Notes under the pieces: generated by a model
The model's input: the letters and a program-made list of their open reading frames with translations, nothing else
Told to the model about the DNA's origin: nothing
Databases searched by the model: none
Shown here: positions 19,901 through 26,782 of the stretch, in pieces
How the letters are laid out: each line of letters starts with the position of its first letter
Numbering within the stretch: position 1 is the first letter of the stretch
DNA from: Candidatus Oxydemutatoraceae bacterium
GTDB taxonomy: Bacteria; Pseudomonadota; Gammaproteobacteria; Poriferisulfidales; Oxydemutatoraceae
DNA: 64,000 nt
Reading direction: 5' to 3'
Assembly (NCBI GenBank): GCA_965237985.1
Contig: OZ250161.1
Span: forward strand, 1,771,913 to 1,835,912
Made by a program: the position numbers and the translations under genes

Positions 19901-21017
19901 CCTGATGGAGGAGGGAAATCCCGATCCCGTCTCTGTCGTCAGCCTTGATGATGGAGGTGCAGGCTACAGTCTCAACGTGGGTCCGGCAGGGACGGCAAGC
20001 ACACTGGCGATTACGACTGGAGAGGGTATGGTTCTGGTTTCCGGGCAAACGGATAACCTGAGTGATCTGTTGGCGCGGCTAAGTGATCTGCCTGACGGCT
20101 ATGCAATCCTGAAAGTTCGCGCCAGCCTTGCCGACAACACGAGGGAAGCGGAGTTTCCTGTTTTCTGGTCTTTGAAAAATGCTGAGAGTGGTGCTGAGTG
20201 GACTAGGGGAGTCGTCGATCGAGGCATTGTGATTGCGGGTTGCTCGCCGTTTCCTTGTGACGATGGGAACCTTGCAGCATCGGTGAATTTGGGGCAAGAA
20301 TCTTATTTGTCGCAGGTTGTTGTGGCATCCAGCATTCGCGACTTTGCAGCCTCCTTCGACAAGGTGCGTGAGATTCTGAATGCCTATGTATCCGGACAAC
20401 TTCTGGACTCAGATCTCAGCAGTACCAGGTTGCTCACTGATGTGATTTCCTACTCTGGTTTCGCCAGCAATGTTACCCAGGATCGAGCCAGCTTTGTTTT
20501 GGACTTGCGTCACAAACCATTTTGGGTGCCCGGTCGCCTGGTGAAGCGCATCCTGGTTGATAATGACTACAAATGGCGGGGTGTTGACAACTTTGCAGCG
20601 GATGGTTCAGTCTCGTATACGACCAGGAGAGACTCGACATGTCCTGATCCGGACGCCGAGGCAGCGTGGTCTGATACGGATAATGGCTTGATCCCGGCCA
20701 GCGAAAGCACGCCAATCCGTTGTGTCCGTTTAACCATTGTAGATGGCGGCCTGTATGATGTCGACGGCGATGTCGACGGCTATTACACTGACCCAACTTT
20801 TGGAGTCAGTGATGCAGACTTTGATCCCTCGCAACTGGCACATGCCGGCGTCGGTGGTGGTGGTGACGACATCACCTGGGTTATTGTTTTGGCAGCGCTG
20901 TCCGGTTTCCTTTACGGTGGGTCTTCCGGAGTCTGGATGTTGCTTGCTCTGGTGCTGGTATTGGCTTTGTCGTTACGAAGAAGATGTGTTCCTAGGGTTC
21001 AGACTCGCTTGAAGTAA
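13995..21017 (+). CDS. Second giant cell-surface repeat protein (about 2,340 aa) with a signal peptide, about 13 Cys-pair modules and the same C-terminal module and tail as the first giant gene
   Basis: The track ORF starts at TTG 13980; ATG 13995 gives MSSIRKFSSVKMFSICGLQLFCSAIALMCFPPTVFG/QD, which is signal-peptide-like. Modules end in a recurring L(T/V)Y.L(T/S)F. It has a thrombospondin-type-3-like Ca-binding stretch, DSDGDGVPNNVEAQLGTDCRNDDPDN. The tail reads LAHAGVGGGGDDITWVIVLAALSGFLYGGSSGVWMLLALVLVLALSLRRRC. Confidence 0.85.
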   Translation: MSSIRKFSSVKMFSICGLQLFCSAIALMCFPPTVFGQDVVTIVTGLASGTTLFNITMDTGDILGTGAVSDSFIPVAVTKIVPTVDCPTVRDDCLLLSDDIRKFFPDKGKDLKETRNFLNQLSVRSADYLPVTATLALTVTYYSRLERGLPVEITATTRLSLVLVEDPPPVLKDENAVSTIFVSNSPFMTAVFGTITVRDVQSTEFVVEVVSSIRITHICGGGSVDGRTDCLLFESEPTIAEFLGGSSQQRSVALAQGFLRSIPMKISGVPPIRATVTVSLESRLNDSSIPRKSTPLTYALDFDISALVPQLSDKSNLKKEGSTGGFMPFSSLRVTDVGGEEEVFTSVRLTQDCGELGENCLRLSPQPSSFGSSVFGDDPQDFLRSVIVVPIGGSSLSATVTVTVSSMLRGLARVSNELVYRLTFVSRAPFLSDSPSEKSGDVLGFSPFSSITVTAREADTITSVVVGASGCSRDRSTCLDIIGVDPIAGTAMQVQSSLRDLVVKWSADYRETREATVTVSLESSVRNAFGEFVSRKSTPLTYRLTFTVSDPLPQLSDDKSNLKKEGSTGGFMPFSSLRVTDVRGDEEVFTSVRLIQDCGELGENCLRLSPQPSSFGSPVFGDDPQDFLRSVIVGTTDGRSLSATVTVTVSSMLRGLARVSNKLVYRLTFVSRAPFLSDSPSEKSGDVLGFSPFSSITVTAREADTITSVVVGASGCSRDRSTCLDIIGVDPIAGTAMQVQSSLRDLVVKWSADYRETREATVTVSLESSVRNAFGEFVSRKSTPLTYRLTFTVSDPLPQLSDDKSNLKKEGSTGGFMPFSSLRVTDVRGDEEVFTSVRLIQDCGELGENCLRLSPQPSSFGSPVFGDDPQDFLRSVIVGTTDGRSLSATVTVTVSSMLRGLARVSNKLVYRLTFVSRAPFLSDSPSEKSGDVLGFSPFSSITVTAREADTITSVVVGSSGCSRDRSTCLDIIGVDPIAGTAMQVQSSLRDLVVKWSANYRNPREATVTVSLESSVRNAFGELVSRKSTPLTYCLSFTVSDPLPQLSDDKSNLKKEGSTGGFTPFSSLRVTDVRGDEEVFTSVRLIQDCGELGENCLRLSPEPSSFGSPAFGDDPDPQDFLRSVIVVPIGGRSLSATVTVTVSSMLRGLARVSNELVYRLTFVSRAPFLSDSPSEKSGDVLGFSPFSSITVTAREADTITSVVVGASGCSRDRSTCLDIIGVDPIAGTAMQVQSSLRDLVVKWSADYRETREATVTVSLESSVRNAFGELLSRKSTPLTYRLTFTVSDPLPQLSDDKSNLKKEGSTGGFMPFSSLRVTDVGGEEEVFTSVRLIQDCGDLGENCLRLSPEPSSFGSPAFGDDPDPQDFLRSMTVGTTDDRSLSATVTVTVSSMLRGLARVSNKLVYRLTFVSRAPFLSDSSSEKSGDVLGFSPFSSVTVTAREADTITSVVVGASGCSRDRSTCLDIIGVDPIAGTAMQVQSSLRDLVVKWSANYRNPREATVTVSLESSVRTAFGELVSRKSTPLTYRLTFTVSDLPPMLDDASGLDKTGFVGGFEPFAEITLSDDDSRGGTESITGIRIAVDCVGGATTCTAYVGDGPGDFAGGTLSEAQNFLRKLQVRSRFASYSARLSVTVRTVLRELPRQSNTLVYTLTFPTLGRLRDDRPKSRFVVPEFAVDLGVNPYDLDEVRNAVKEHCGGDYFEDSDGDGVPNNVEAQLGTDCRNDDPDNVAGGEERPLVTVDTSEAQMLDKLPFTGSLSELEIQCRGCVEIFFLEKQAVCTSASADSVLGNGSIAFPGVNQSSCYQAGYYSSSATAAPSPLTGTIFPVPTWSELYVLGIDKYGNWSVSNSGALDTKVVYTLAVLSLGPDLYALGDMANVTVEFRGRWTQASPDLSLPAVALAFTLDVNGTKFPGSFPNPVHRGTMTIPVDVSDIDAGSMLIVSLDDSNFFAVGRSVLTILKGEAPPFITIGLMEEGNPDPVSVVSLDDGGAGYSLNVGPAGTASTLAITTGEGMVLVSGQTDNLSDLLARLSDLPDGYAILKVRASLADNTREAEFPVFWSLKNAESGAEWTRGVVDRGIVIAGCSPFPCDDGNLAASVNLGQESYLSQVVVASSIRDFAASFDKVREILNAYVSGQLLDSDLSSTRLLTDVISYSGFASNVTQDRASFVLDLRHKPFWVPGRLVKRILVDNDYKWRGVDNFAADGSVSYTTRRDSTCPDPDAEAAWSDTDNGLIPASESTPIRCVRLTIVDGGLYDVDGDVDGYYTDPTFGVSDADFDPSQLAHAGVGGGGDDITWVIVLAALSGFLYGGSSGVWMLLALVLVLALSLRRRCVPRVQTRLK
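14919..18600 (+). repeat. Five in-frame tandem copies of a 732-741-bp double module
   Basis: CCGCAGTTGAGTGAT recurs at 14919, 15651, 16386, 17121 and 17862. The periods are 732, 735, 735 and 741 nt, all multiples of 3. Antisense track ORFs 15251..15439, 15986..16174 and 17462..17650 translate identically. Confidence 0.95.
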
Positions 21018-21283
21018 TAGAAATATCTATGTAGACAGTGTCACAGGCTGTCGCCTGTCACTTTCCCCGCTGTTGTGAGTCTTCAAATCGGGGGTGACAG
21101 AAAGCACACGGTGGCAGCGTGTGCTGCCGAAAAGGTTCTGACACGATGCAGGCTGTCTTTTCCCGGTCGCCTGTTGATTGGAGAAGTACCGGTCGGGCGC
21201 CAGGCACGGCGACGCGTGTCGCATCGTTTTTATTTCCCGGCTTCCCGGGGAGTAGTTCATTCGGAATGGTATACGAGCTGCGC

Positions 21284-22117
21284 CTAGTTTCTGGTCGCTA
21301 AAATCCAGGCTGAGAACCGTTTCCACAAAGGCCCCGGTTTGCCTTCTCCTATTGGGTGCTGGTCAATAGTGGTCACAGGACTGATGTTGCAGGTGGAGCT
21401 CGTCAGCCAGACTTCGTCGCTGGTATATAGTAAATCGGCCGGCATGCGTTGCGTGTGGGCTGTGATGCCGTATTTTTTGGCAAGGCGAAGCACTACAGAG
21501 CGGGTGATCCCGGGCAGTATCAAATTGTCGGCGGGGGCGGTATGCAACTCGCCGTCTCTGACTAAAAAGACGTTGCTTGACGCGCCTTCGGTTACCTGGT
21601 TGTTCCGCAACAGGATCACTTCAGCCACTGTTGCCTTTTTCGCGAGTTTTCTCAACAGGGTATTTGCGATGAGGCTGGTGGTTTTTATATTGCAACGGGT
21701 CCAGCGGAAGTCTTCGTGGGTAATTACGGAAATACCTTCGTCAAAGGGTGGTGGCAGCGTGGTCAGCATGGAGAAAATGGTTGGCGGAGTCACAGCATCG
21801 GCAGCGTGATCTCGTGGAGAAGTGCCACCGGTAATTTGCAGGTAAATGGAATAGTGCTGGTAATCATTTCTCGCGCCCAGTTCATGGAAAACTGTGCGCA
21901 GATATTCGTCTGAATAGACGTCGGGAATTTTCAAAGCGCCCAGATTTTTATGCAGGCGGTCGAGATGCGCCTGACATTCAAAAATCTTTCCGCTATAGGC
22001 GGGGAGCACTTCGTAAACGGATTCGCCAAATGTAAAGCCGCGATCAAGCACTGATACCTTGCACGCTTCAATGGGCAGATATTCTCCGTTCAGGAAAGCC
22101 GTTGTCATTTGATCCAC
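21284..22117 (-). CDS. dat: D-amino-acid aminotransferase (PLP fold type IV)
   Basis: Collinear motifs with Bacillus-type Dat as I recall it: DRGFTFGESVYEV, IYLQITGGTSPRDH, EDFRWTRCNIKTTSL and QVTEGASSNVFLVRDGELHTAPADNLILPGITR. Its start overlaps the dacA stop region by 13 nt. Confidence 0.8.
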   Translation of the reverse strand: MDQMTTAFLNGEYLPIEACKVSVLDRGFTFGESVYEVLPAYSGKIFECQAHLDRLHKNLGALKIPDVYSDEYLRTVFHELGARNDYQHYSIYLQITGGTSPRDHAADAVTPPTIFSMLTTLPPPFDEGISVITHEDFRWTRCNIKTTSLIANTLLRKLAKKATVAEVILLRNNQVTEGASSNVFLVRDGELHTAPADNLILPGITRSVVLRLAKKYGITAHTQRMPADLLYTSDEVWLTSSTCNISPVTTIDQHPIGEGKPGPLWKRFSAWILATRN

Positions 22118-23322
22118 CTGATGAAGTAATCTTGAATCCGGCGAAAAAAACTTCCTTCTTCTATCCCGGAAAGTGCTACCAAGGGGGTTTCTTTTATCGT
22201 TTCCTTTGCCAGCGAGACGCGGATGGTTCCAGCCGTTTGGAACAAGGCTATGGGGGCGTACAGGTCCTCAGGAACAAGCACTCGGACTTTGAGTTTGTCT
22301 TGGTGAGAGCGGGGTACGGTCACGTATAAATCCTCGAGAGGCCCGAGATCGACGTATTGTTTGCTTCCTCCCTGGATGCGGATTTTATGGACTTCCTGTC
22401 CCTGTCCGTACAGTTTTATAGTTTTGAAAAAGCGAAACCCGTAATTCAGTAAATTAGTGGTGTCCGTCAATCGTGACTCTTGGCTTTTCCCTCCGAGCAC
22501 GACTGAAATCAATCTCATATCGTCTCGAACTGCAGATGCCGCAAGGCACCAGCCGGCTTTTTTCGTGTAACCGGTTTTTATGCCATCGACGCTGTCATCC
22601 CGCAGCAAGAGGTTGTTGCGGTTGTATTGCTTTATGTTGTTGAAAGTAAATTCTCTCAGGTCATACAAGGCATACTGTTCAGGAAATTCAGCGATGACTG
22701 CACGCGCCGCCAGCATGATGTCCCACGCTGACATGTAGTGGTCGGGGTGTGGCAGGCCAGATGGATTGGTGAAATGCGAATTTCGCATTCCCAGCCGTTT
22801 GGCTTCCTGGTTCATCAAGGTGGCGAAAGTTTCTACTGATCCCGCCACGTGTTCCGCCAGCGCAATGGTTGCATCGTTACCGGATTGCACGACCATTCCG
22901 GCAATCAAATCCTCTACCGACACATGACTGCCTTGTTCAAGAAACATTCTTGAACCTTCGGCAGCTCGTGCCCTGGCGCTGATGCGCACTTGATCGTCAA
23001 GGGAAATAAAACCATTTTCCAGTGCACGGTAGACAACCAGGGCGGTGACCAGCTTGGTCAGGCTGGCCGCTTCGCTTCGTGCGTTTACTTTTTTCTCAGC
23101 CAGCACTTTGCCGCTTTGGAAATCCACGAGCAGGTAGTGCCCGGCGGAAGCTGATGGGGGCTTGGCAACAAATGTTCTAAAAAATGCCCTGTCGTTTGCG
23201 GCAGTGAAGGTGCTCCACGTCAATGTAATGGCAAGAATGGCAAGCATCAGGCACGGCTTTCTGGTTCGGAAAAAGTGTTCCGGCACAACAGTTGCGGTCA
23301 ATTCCCGCATGCAAAAGTCCAC
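22105..23322 (-). CDS. dacA: D-alanyl-D-alanine carboxypeptidase (PBP5/6 class)
   Basis: Carries SxxK (ASLTKLV), SxN (VQSGNDA) and KTG (GIKTGYT) in the correct order, plus an N-terminal hydrophobic signal. Located in the canonical mrdA-rodA-rlpA-dacA neighbourhood. The true start may be an internal Met. Confidence 0.85.
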   Translation of the reverse strand: MDFCMRELTATVVPEHFFRTRKPCLMLAILAITLTWSTFTAANDRAFFRTFVAKPPSASAGHYLLVDFQSGKVLAEKKVNARSEAASLTKLVTALVVYRALENGFISLDDQVRISARARAAEGSRMFLEQGSHVSVEDLIAGMVVQSGNDATIALAEHVAGSVETFATLMNQEAKRLGMRNSHFTNPSGLPHPDHYMSAWDIMLAARAVIAEFPEQYALYDLREFTFNNIKQYNRNNLLLRDDSVDGIKTGYTKKAGWCLAASAVRDDMRLISVVLGGKSQESRLTDTTNLLNYGFRFFKTIKLYGQGQEVHKIRIQGGSKQYVDLGPLEDLYVTVPRSHQDKLKVRVLVPEDLYAPIALFQTAGTIRVSLAKETIKETPLVALSGIEEGSFFRRIQDYFIRWIK

Positions 23323-23354
23323 AGCTGCCTACAAAAAGAGATTTTCAGGAAAAC

Positions 23355-23936
23355 TCATCTGGCAACAGCAATCTGGTCTGTTGCAAACAGGCTGGGTGGC
23401 CCCTCCAGCCTGTTACGGTAGGGGACTTGCTCAACAATGATTTTTACCGGGGCCAGGCCACTTTTTACCATAGCGATTTCTTTGGCCGCCGCGTAAGACA
23501 AGTCAATAATTCGGTTTTCAAGAAAAGGTCCGCGGTCGTTGATCCTGACTAAAACATTTTTTCTGTTGTTCAAATTAATGACCCTGACCATAACCCCCAA
23601 GGGAAGCGTTTTGTGTGCGGCAGTCAGCCCAAACATATTGTATCTTTCCTCGTTCGCTGTCAGACGACCGTGAAATTTCTTGCCATACCAAGATGCAATT
23701 CCTCGTTCGGTATACCCTTGTGGAACTGTTTTTACCCAATACAACTTTCCTCGTTCCCGGTAGAAAACCGTGTTTCCGTAACAACTTCCGGAGGACGATT
23801 TTTCTTTAAGAATCACTTGCTGCTCGGAAATGGCGGTTTCCGGTTTTTCCGGGGGCAGGTATTGAGTTACCAGTGGGTAAGTCTTTGTGCAGGCGGCAAG
23901 CATGGCAATCATGACTGCCAGAAAAATCCACTCCAA
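23355..23936 (-). CDS. rlpA: Septal lytic transglycosylase / rare lipoprotein A (DPBB domain)
   Basis: DPBB signature [44 protein letters not shown]...INDRGPF. A lipobox-like MLAAC follows a TTG (23936) or ATG (23912) start. The track ORF runs on to 24299 only because it reads through a decayed duplicate of the mltB 3' end. Confidence 0.8.
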   Translation of the reverse strand: MEWIFLAVMIAMLAACTKTYPLVTQYLPPEKPETAISEQQVILKEKSSSGSCYGNTVFYRERGKLYWVKTVPQGYTERGIASWYGKKFHGRLTANEERYNMFGLTAAHKTLPLGVMVRVINLNNRKNVLVRINDRGPFLENRIIDLSYAAAKEIAMVKSGLAPVKIIVEQVPYRNRLEGPPSLFATDQIAVAR

Positions 23937-23937
23937 G

Positions 23938-24877
23938 CTCGTATTTCTTGCATCGTTCCGGTTCAAAGCCCATCGGGAAAAGGGCTTGTCGACTGTGAAT
24001 GTCCTTTGTTGAACCGTGGATTCTCGCCTTTTAGAAAGCTTGGTTGTGAATAAAGCCACTGCCTGCCGGATCTCAGCCATGACGGCAGCACTCTTGCTCC
24101 GCCCACCGTGCACCTGGCATTTTACTAAGCTGACAGACAGCCATGGCGTACAGTGAACTGGGGTTGTAGCTTTTGATGGTGTAAAAATTTTGAAAGGCAA
24201 GCCAGTATTCCGGATGCTGGTTTCCTGATCAAGAGCAAGCAATGAAAACTGCTTCTGATCCGAGCCGGTATTTTCCACGGAAATACCATTTCTGGTCAAG
24301 TCTCTTTGGTCAAGCCAAGGGGGCTTTTTTCCGTCTAGCCAGCGCTCGTCCAGATTAGCCGGTTGTTTTGTTTTGGTGGTCTAGGCGACGGGCGAGCCAC
24401 TTTTTCAACCTCGTATTTCTTGCATCGTTCCGGTTCAAAGCCCATCGGGAAAAGGGCTTGTCGACTGTGAATGTCCTTTGTTGAACTGTGGGTTCTTGCT
24501 CACTAGAAAGCCTGGTTGTGAATGAAGCCACTGCCTGCCGGACCTCAGCCATGACGGCAGGAATCTTGTTCCGCCCACCGTGCACCCAGCATTTGACTAA
24601 GCTGATAGACAGCCATGGCGTACAGTGAACTGGGGTTGTAGCTTTTGATTGTGTGAAAGTTTTGAAAGGCAAGCCAGTATTCCGGATGCTGGTTTCCTAC
24701 ATCAAGAGCAAGCAATGAAAACTGCTTTTGATTCAAGTCGGCGTTTTCCACGGAAACACCGTTTTTGGTCAAGTCTCTTTGGTCAAGCCAAGGGGGCTTT
24801 TTTCTGTCCAGCCAGCGCTTGTCCAGCTTAGCTGGCTGTTTTGTTTTGAGTGGCCAGGCGATGGGCGAGCCACTTTT
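23938..24877. repeat. Direct tandem duplication (2 x about 468 bp, period 472) of the mltB 3' end plus the mltB-rlpA spacer
   Basis: CTCGTATTTCTTGCATCGTTCCGGTTCAAAGCCCATCGGG starts at 23938 and again at 24410. Homology runs to about 24405 and about 24877. The promoter-distal copy (23938-24405) carries a 1-nt deletion after the LALD codons relative to the intact mltB copy. Confidence 0.9.
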
Positions 24878-25624
24878 CCAGCCATTCATTTTCAGATAAA
24901 GGGCAATGCTTGCCAGCGCGTCCGGTTTGCTTTCAAACAGGTCTCGCTTTCCGTCTTCGTCAAAGTCAACCGCGTAAGATTGGAAACTGCTGGGAATAAA
25001 CTGGCCGATGCCCATGGCGCCTGCGTATGAACCGGCGAGCATGCTGAGGTCGAGTTCACCGTTTTTCACCAGTGTCAGCAACGCCTTCAGTTCGCCGCGA
25101 AAGAATGTGGAACGGCGTGGATAATCAAAGCTCAGAGTCACGAGTGTGTCAAATACCGGGAAGCCTCCCATATTGTGCCCGTAATTGGTTTCTATACCGG
25201 CAATTGCCACCACGACTGAACTGGGAACGCCGTATTCGCCTTCAATATGATTCAGTAACTTTGCGTGTTGCTGCCAGTATCTCAGTCCTTGGCATTCGCG
25301 TTCTCTGGTTAAAAAGATTTTTCTGTACTCGTGCCACGGTTTTTTTTCAGAGGGGCGCTGAATCAGTTTCAGCACTTTTTCCTGGTGCCTGGCGTCGCGG
25401 AACAATCCTTCAAGCCATGTGCGTTCCATACCCTGTTCTGTCACCATCTTCTGTACAAAAACTTTTACGTCTTGGCGGTCTAGGTAATCGTCAGCCAGCG
25501 ACACGCCACAGAACATCAATCCTGGCAAGACCAGAAGCAAACGGTGCAAAGCCAGAACCGTTGTTTTTTTCCTGGAGAGTGTAGAAATGCGTGTGGTTTC
25601 TCTGGTGTGAAAGTTTTTCATCAA
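24545..25624 (-). CDS. mltB: Lytic murein transglycosylase B
   Basis: Catalytic-Glu region VVAIAGIETNYG and SYAGAMGIGQFIPSSF, both typical of MltB/Slt35. It overlaps the rodA stop by 4 nt. Confidence 0.85.
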   Translation of the reverse strand: MMKNFHTRETTRISTLSRKKTTVLALHRLLLVLPGLMFCGVSLADDYLDRQDVKVFVQKMVTEQGMERTWLEGLFRDARHQEKVLKLIQRPSEKKPWHEYRKIFLTRERECQGLRYWQQHAKLLNHIEGEYGVPSSVVVAIAGIETNYGHNMGGFPVFDTLVTLSFDYPRRSTFFRGELKALLTLVKNGELDLSMLAGSYAGAMGIGQFIPSSFQSYAVDFDEDGKRDLFESKPDALASIALYLKMNGWKSGSPIAWPLKTKQPAKLDKRWLDRKKPPWLDQRDLTKNGVSVENADLNQKQFSLLALDVGNQHPEYWLAFQNFHTIKSYNPSSLYAMAVYQLSQMLGARWAEQDSCRHG

Positions 25625-26772
25625 TCCATGCTTTTCAGGCGTTCGTGTCGCTCTATTCCCAGCAAAATGCCAAATGATGCAAGCAGTACTACGGCTGACG
25701 AACCGCCATAGCTGACCAACGGCAAAGGCACACCGACAATGGGTAAAAAACCGCTCACCATCCCGACGTTCACCAGGAAGTAGCAGAAAAACGAGAGACT
25801 GATGGTGGCTGCCATCAGTCGGTTAAAACTCTCGCTGGCGCGCGCCGCCACCATCATGCCGCGCAACACTATTGTGAAATAGAGCAGCAGCAACAACACG
25901 TAGCCCGTGAAGCCAAACTCCTCAGCCAAAACGGAAAAAGCAAAATCCGTGGAGGTTTCGGGGATGAAGTTCAATTGCGATTGTGTCCCTTTCAGCCACC
26001 CCTTCCCTGTCAGTCCTCCAGAACCGATGGCCACCCGTGACTGGTCAGCATGGTAAGTATCGTTTTGTGAAACATTTTCCTGGTCAAAAAAAGACCTGAG
26101 CCGTTCTCGCTGGTAATCCTGCAAAGAGTTCCACGCAAGGGGTGTGCACAGCACTGTCAACACAATCCCGATGAGCAGCCACCGCCAGGGGCACCCGGCG
26201 AGAAAAAACACGATGAGACCAGAGGCCATAATCAAAAGCGCAGTGCCCAGGTCAGGTTGTGCAGTTACCAGTGCCACAGGCAGGGCGATTAACGCCAGGG
26301 CGATCAGGAAACACCACTTGGACGAGGAAAAGCGTGAAAAAGTGAATAGCGAGGATAGGATCATTGGGGTGGTCAATTTGAGCAGTTCGGATGGCTGTAT
26401 GTTGAAAAAATGAAAATCAAGCCAACGTTGTGAGCCGTTAATTTCCGCCCCGAAATAAAACACCGCACAAGTCAACGACAGGCTGATGAGGTAAAACCAC
26501 GAGGCATAGCGCTTGAAAAAATGTGGCGATACCTGTGCCAGGAGAAAAAGCATGAAAAAGCCGACCAAAAGATGAGTTACCTGTCGCAATGCATAGTCTG
26601 GGTTTTGTCCGCTGGCGCTGTATAGCACGGCAACACCCACGATGGACAAAAACAAAAGCAACAGGACCATCGTGAAATCGATCGACAGGAAGCGGCGGCC
26701 GGTCAAGGTAATGAGGTCGGCAAACCGGCCCCATGCGGGTTTTCTCAGCGCCTGCCTGTTGCTTAAAAGCAC
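25621..26772 (-). CDS. rodA: Rod shape-determining SEDS glycosyltransferase RodA
   Basis: A polytopic membrane protein of the FtsW/RodA family, with VAIGSGGLTGKGW and a C-terminal PLPLVSYGGSS. Lies directly downstream of mrdA. Confidence 0.9.
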   Translation of the reverse strand: MLLSNRQALRKPAWGRFADLITLTGRRFLSIDFTMVLLLLFLSIVGVAVLYSASGQNPDYALRQVTHLLVGFFMLFLLAQVSPHFFKRYASWFYLISLSLTCAVFYFGAEINGSQRWLDFHFFNIQPSELLKLTTPMILSSLFTFSRFSSSKWCFLIALALIALPVALVTAQPDLGTALLIMASGLIVFFLAGCPWRWLLIGIVLTVLCTPLAWNSLQDYQRERLRSFFDQENVSQNDTYHADQSRVAIGSGGLTGKGWLKGTQSQLNFIPETSTDFAFSVLAEEFGFTGYVLLLLLYFTIVLRGMMVAARASESFNRLMAATISLSFFCYFLVNVGMVSGFLPIVGVPLPLVSYGGSSAVVLLASFGILLGIERHERLKSMD

Positions 26773-26782
26773 TGTTGGCGGT

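Noticed and set aside
23937-24299. N-terminal 120-aa extension of the rlpA track ORF
   Set aside because: It is an out-of-frame read-through of a decayed duplicate of the mltB 3' end. The lipoprotein signal and lipobox of RlpA begin only at about 23936/23912.
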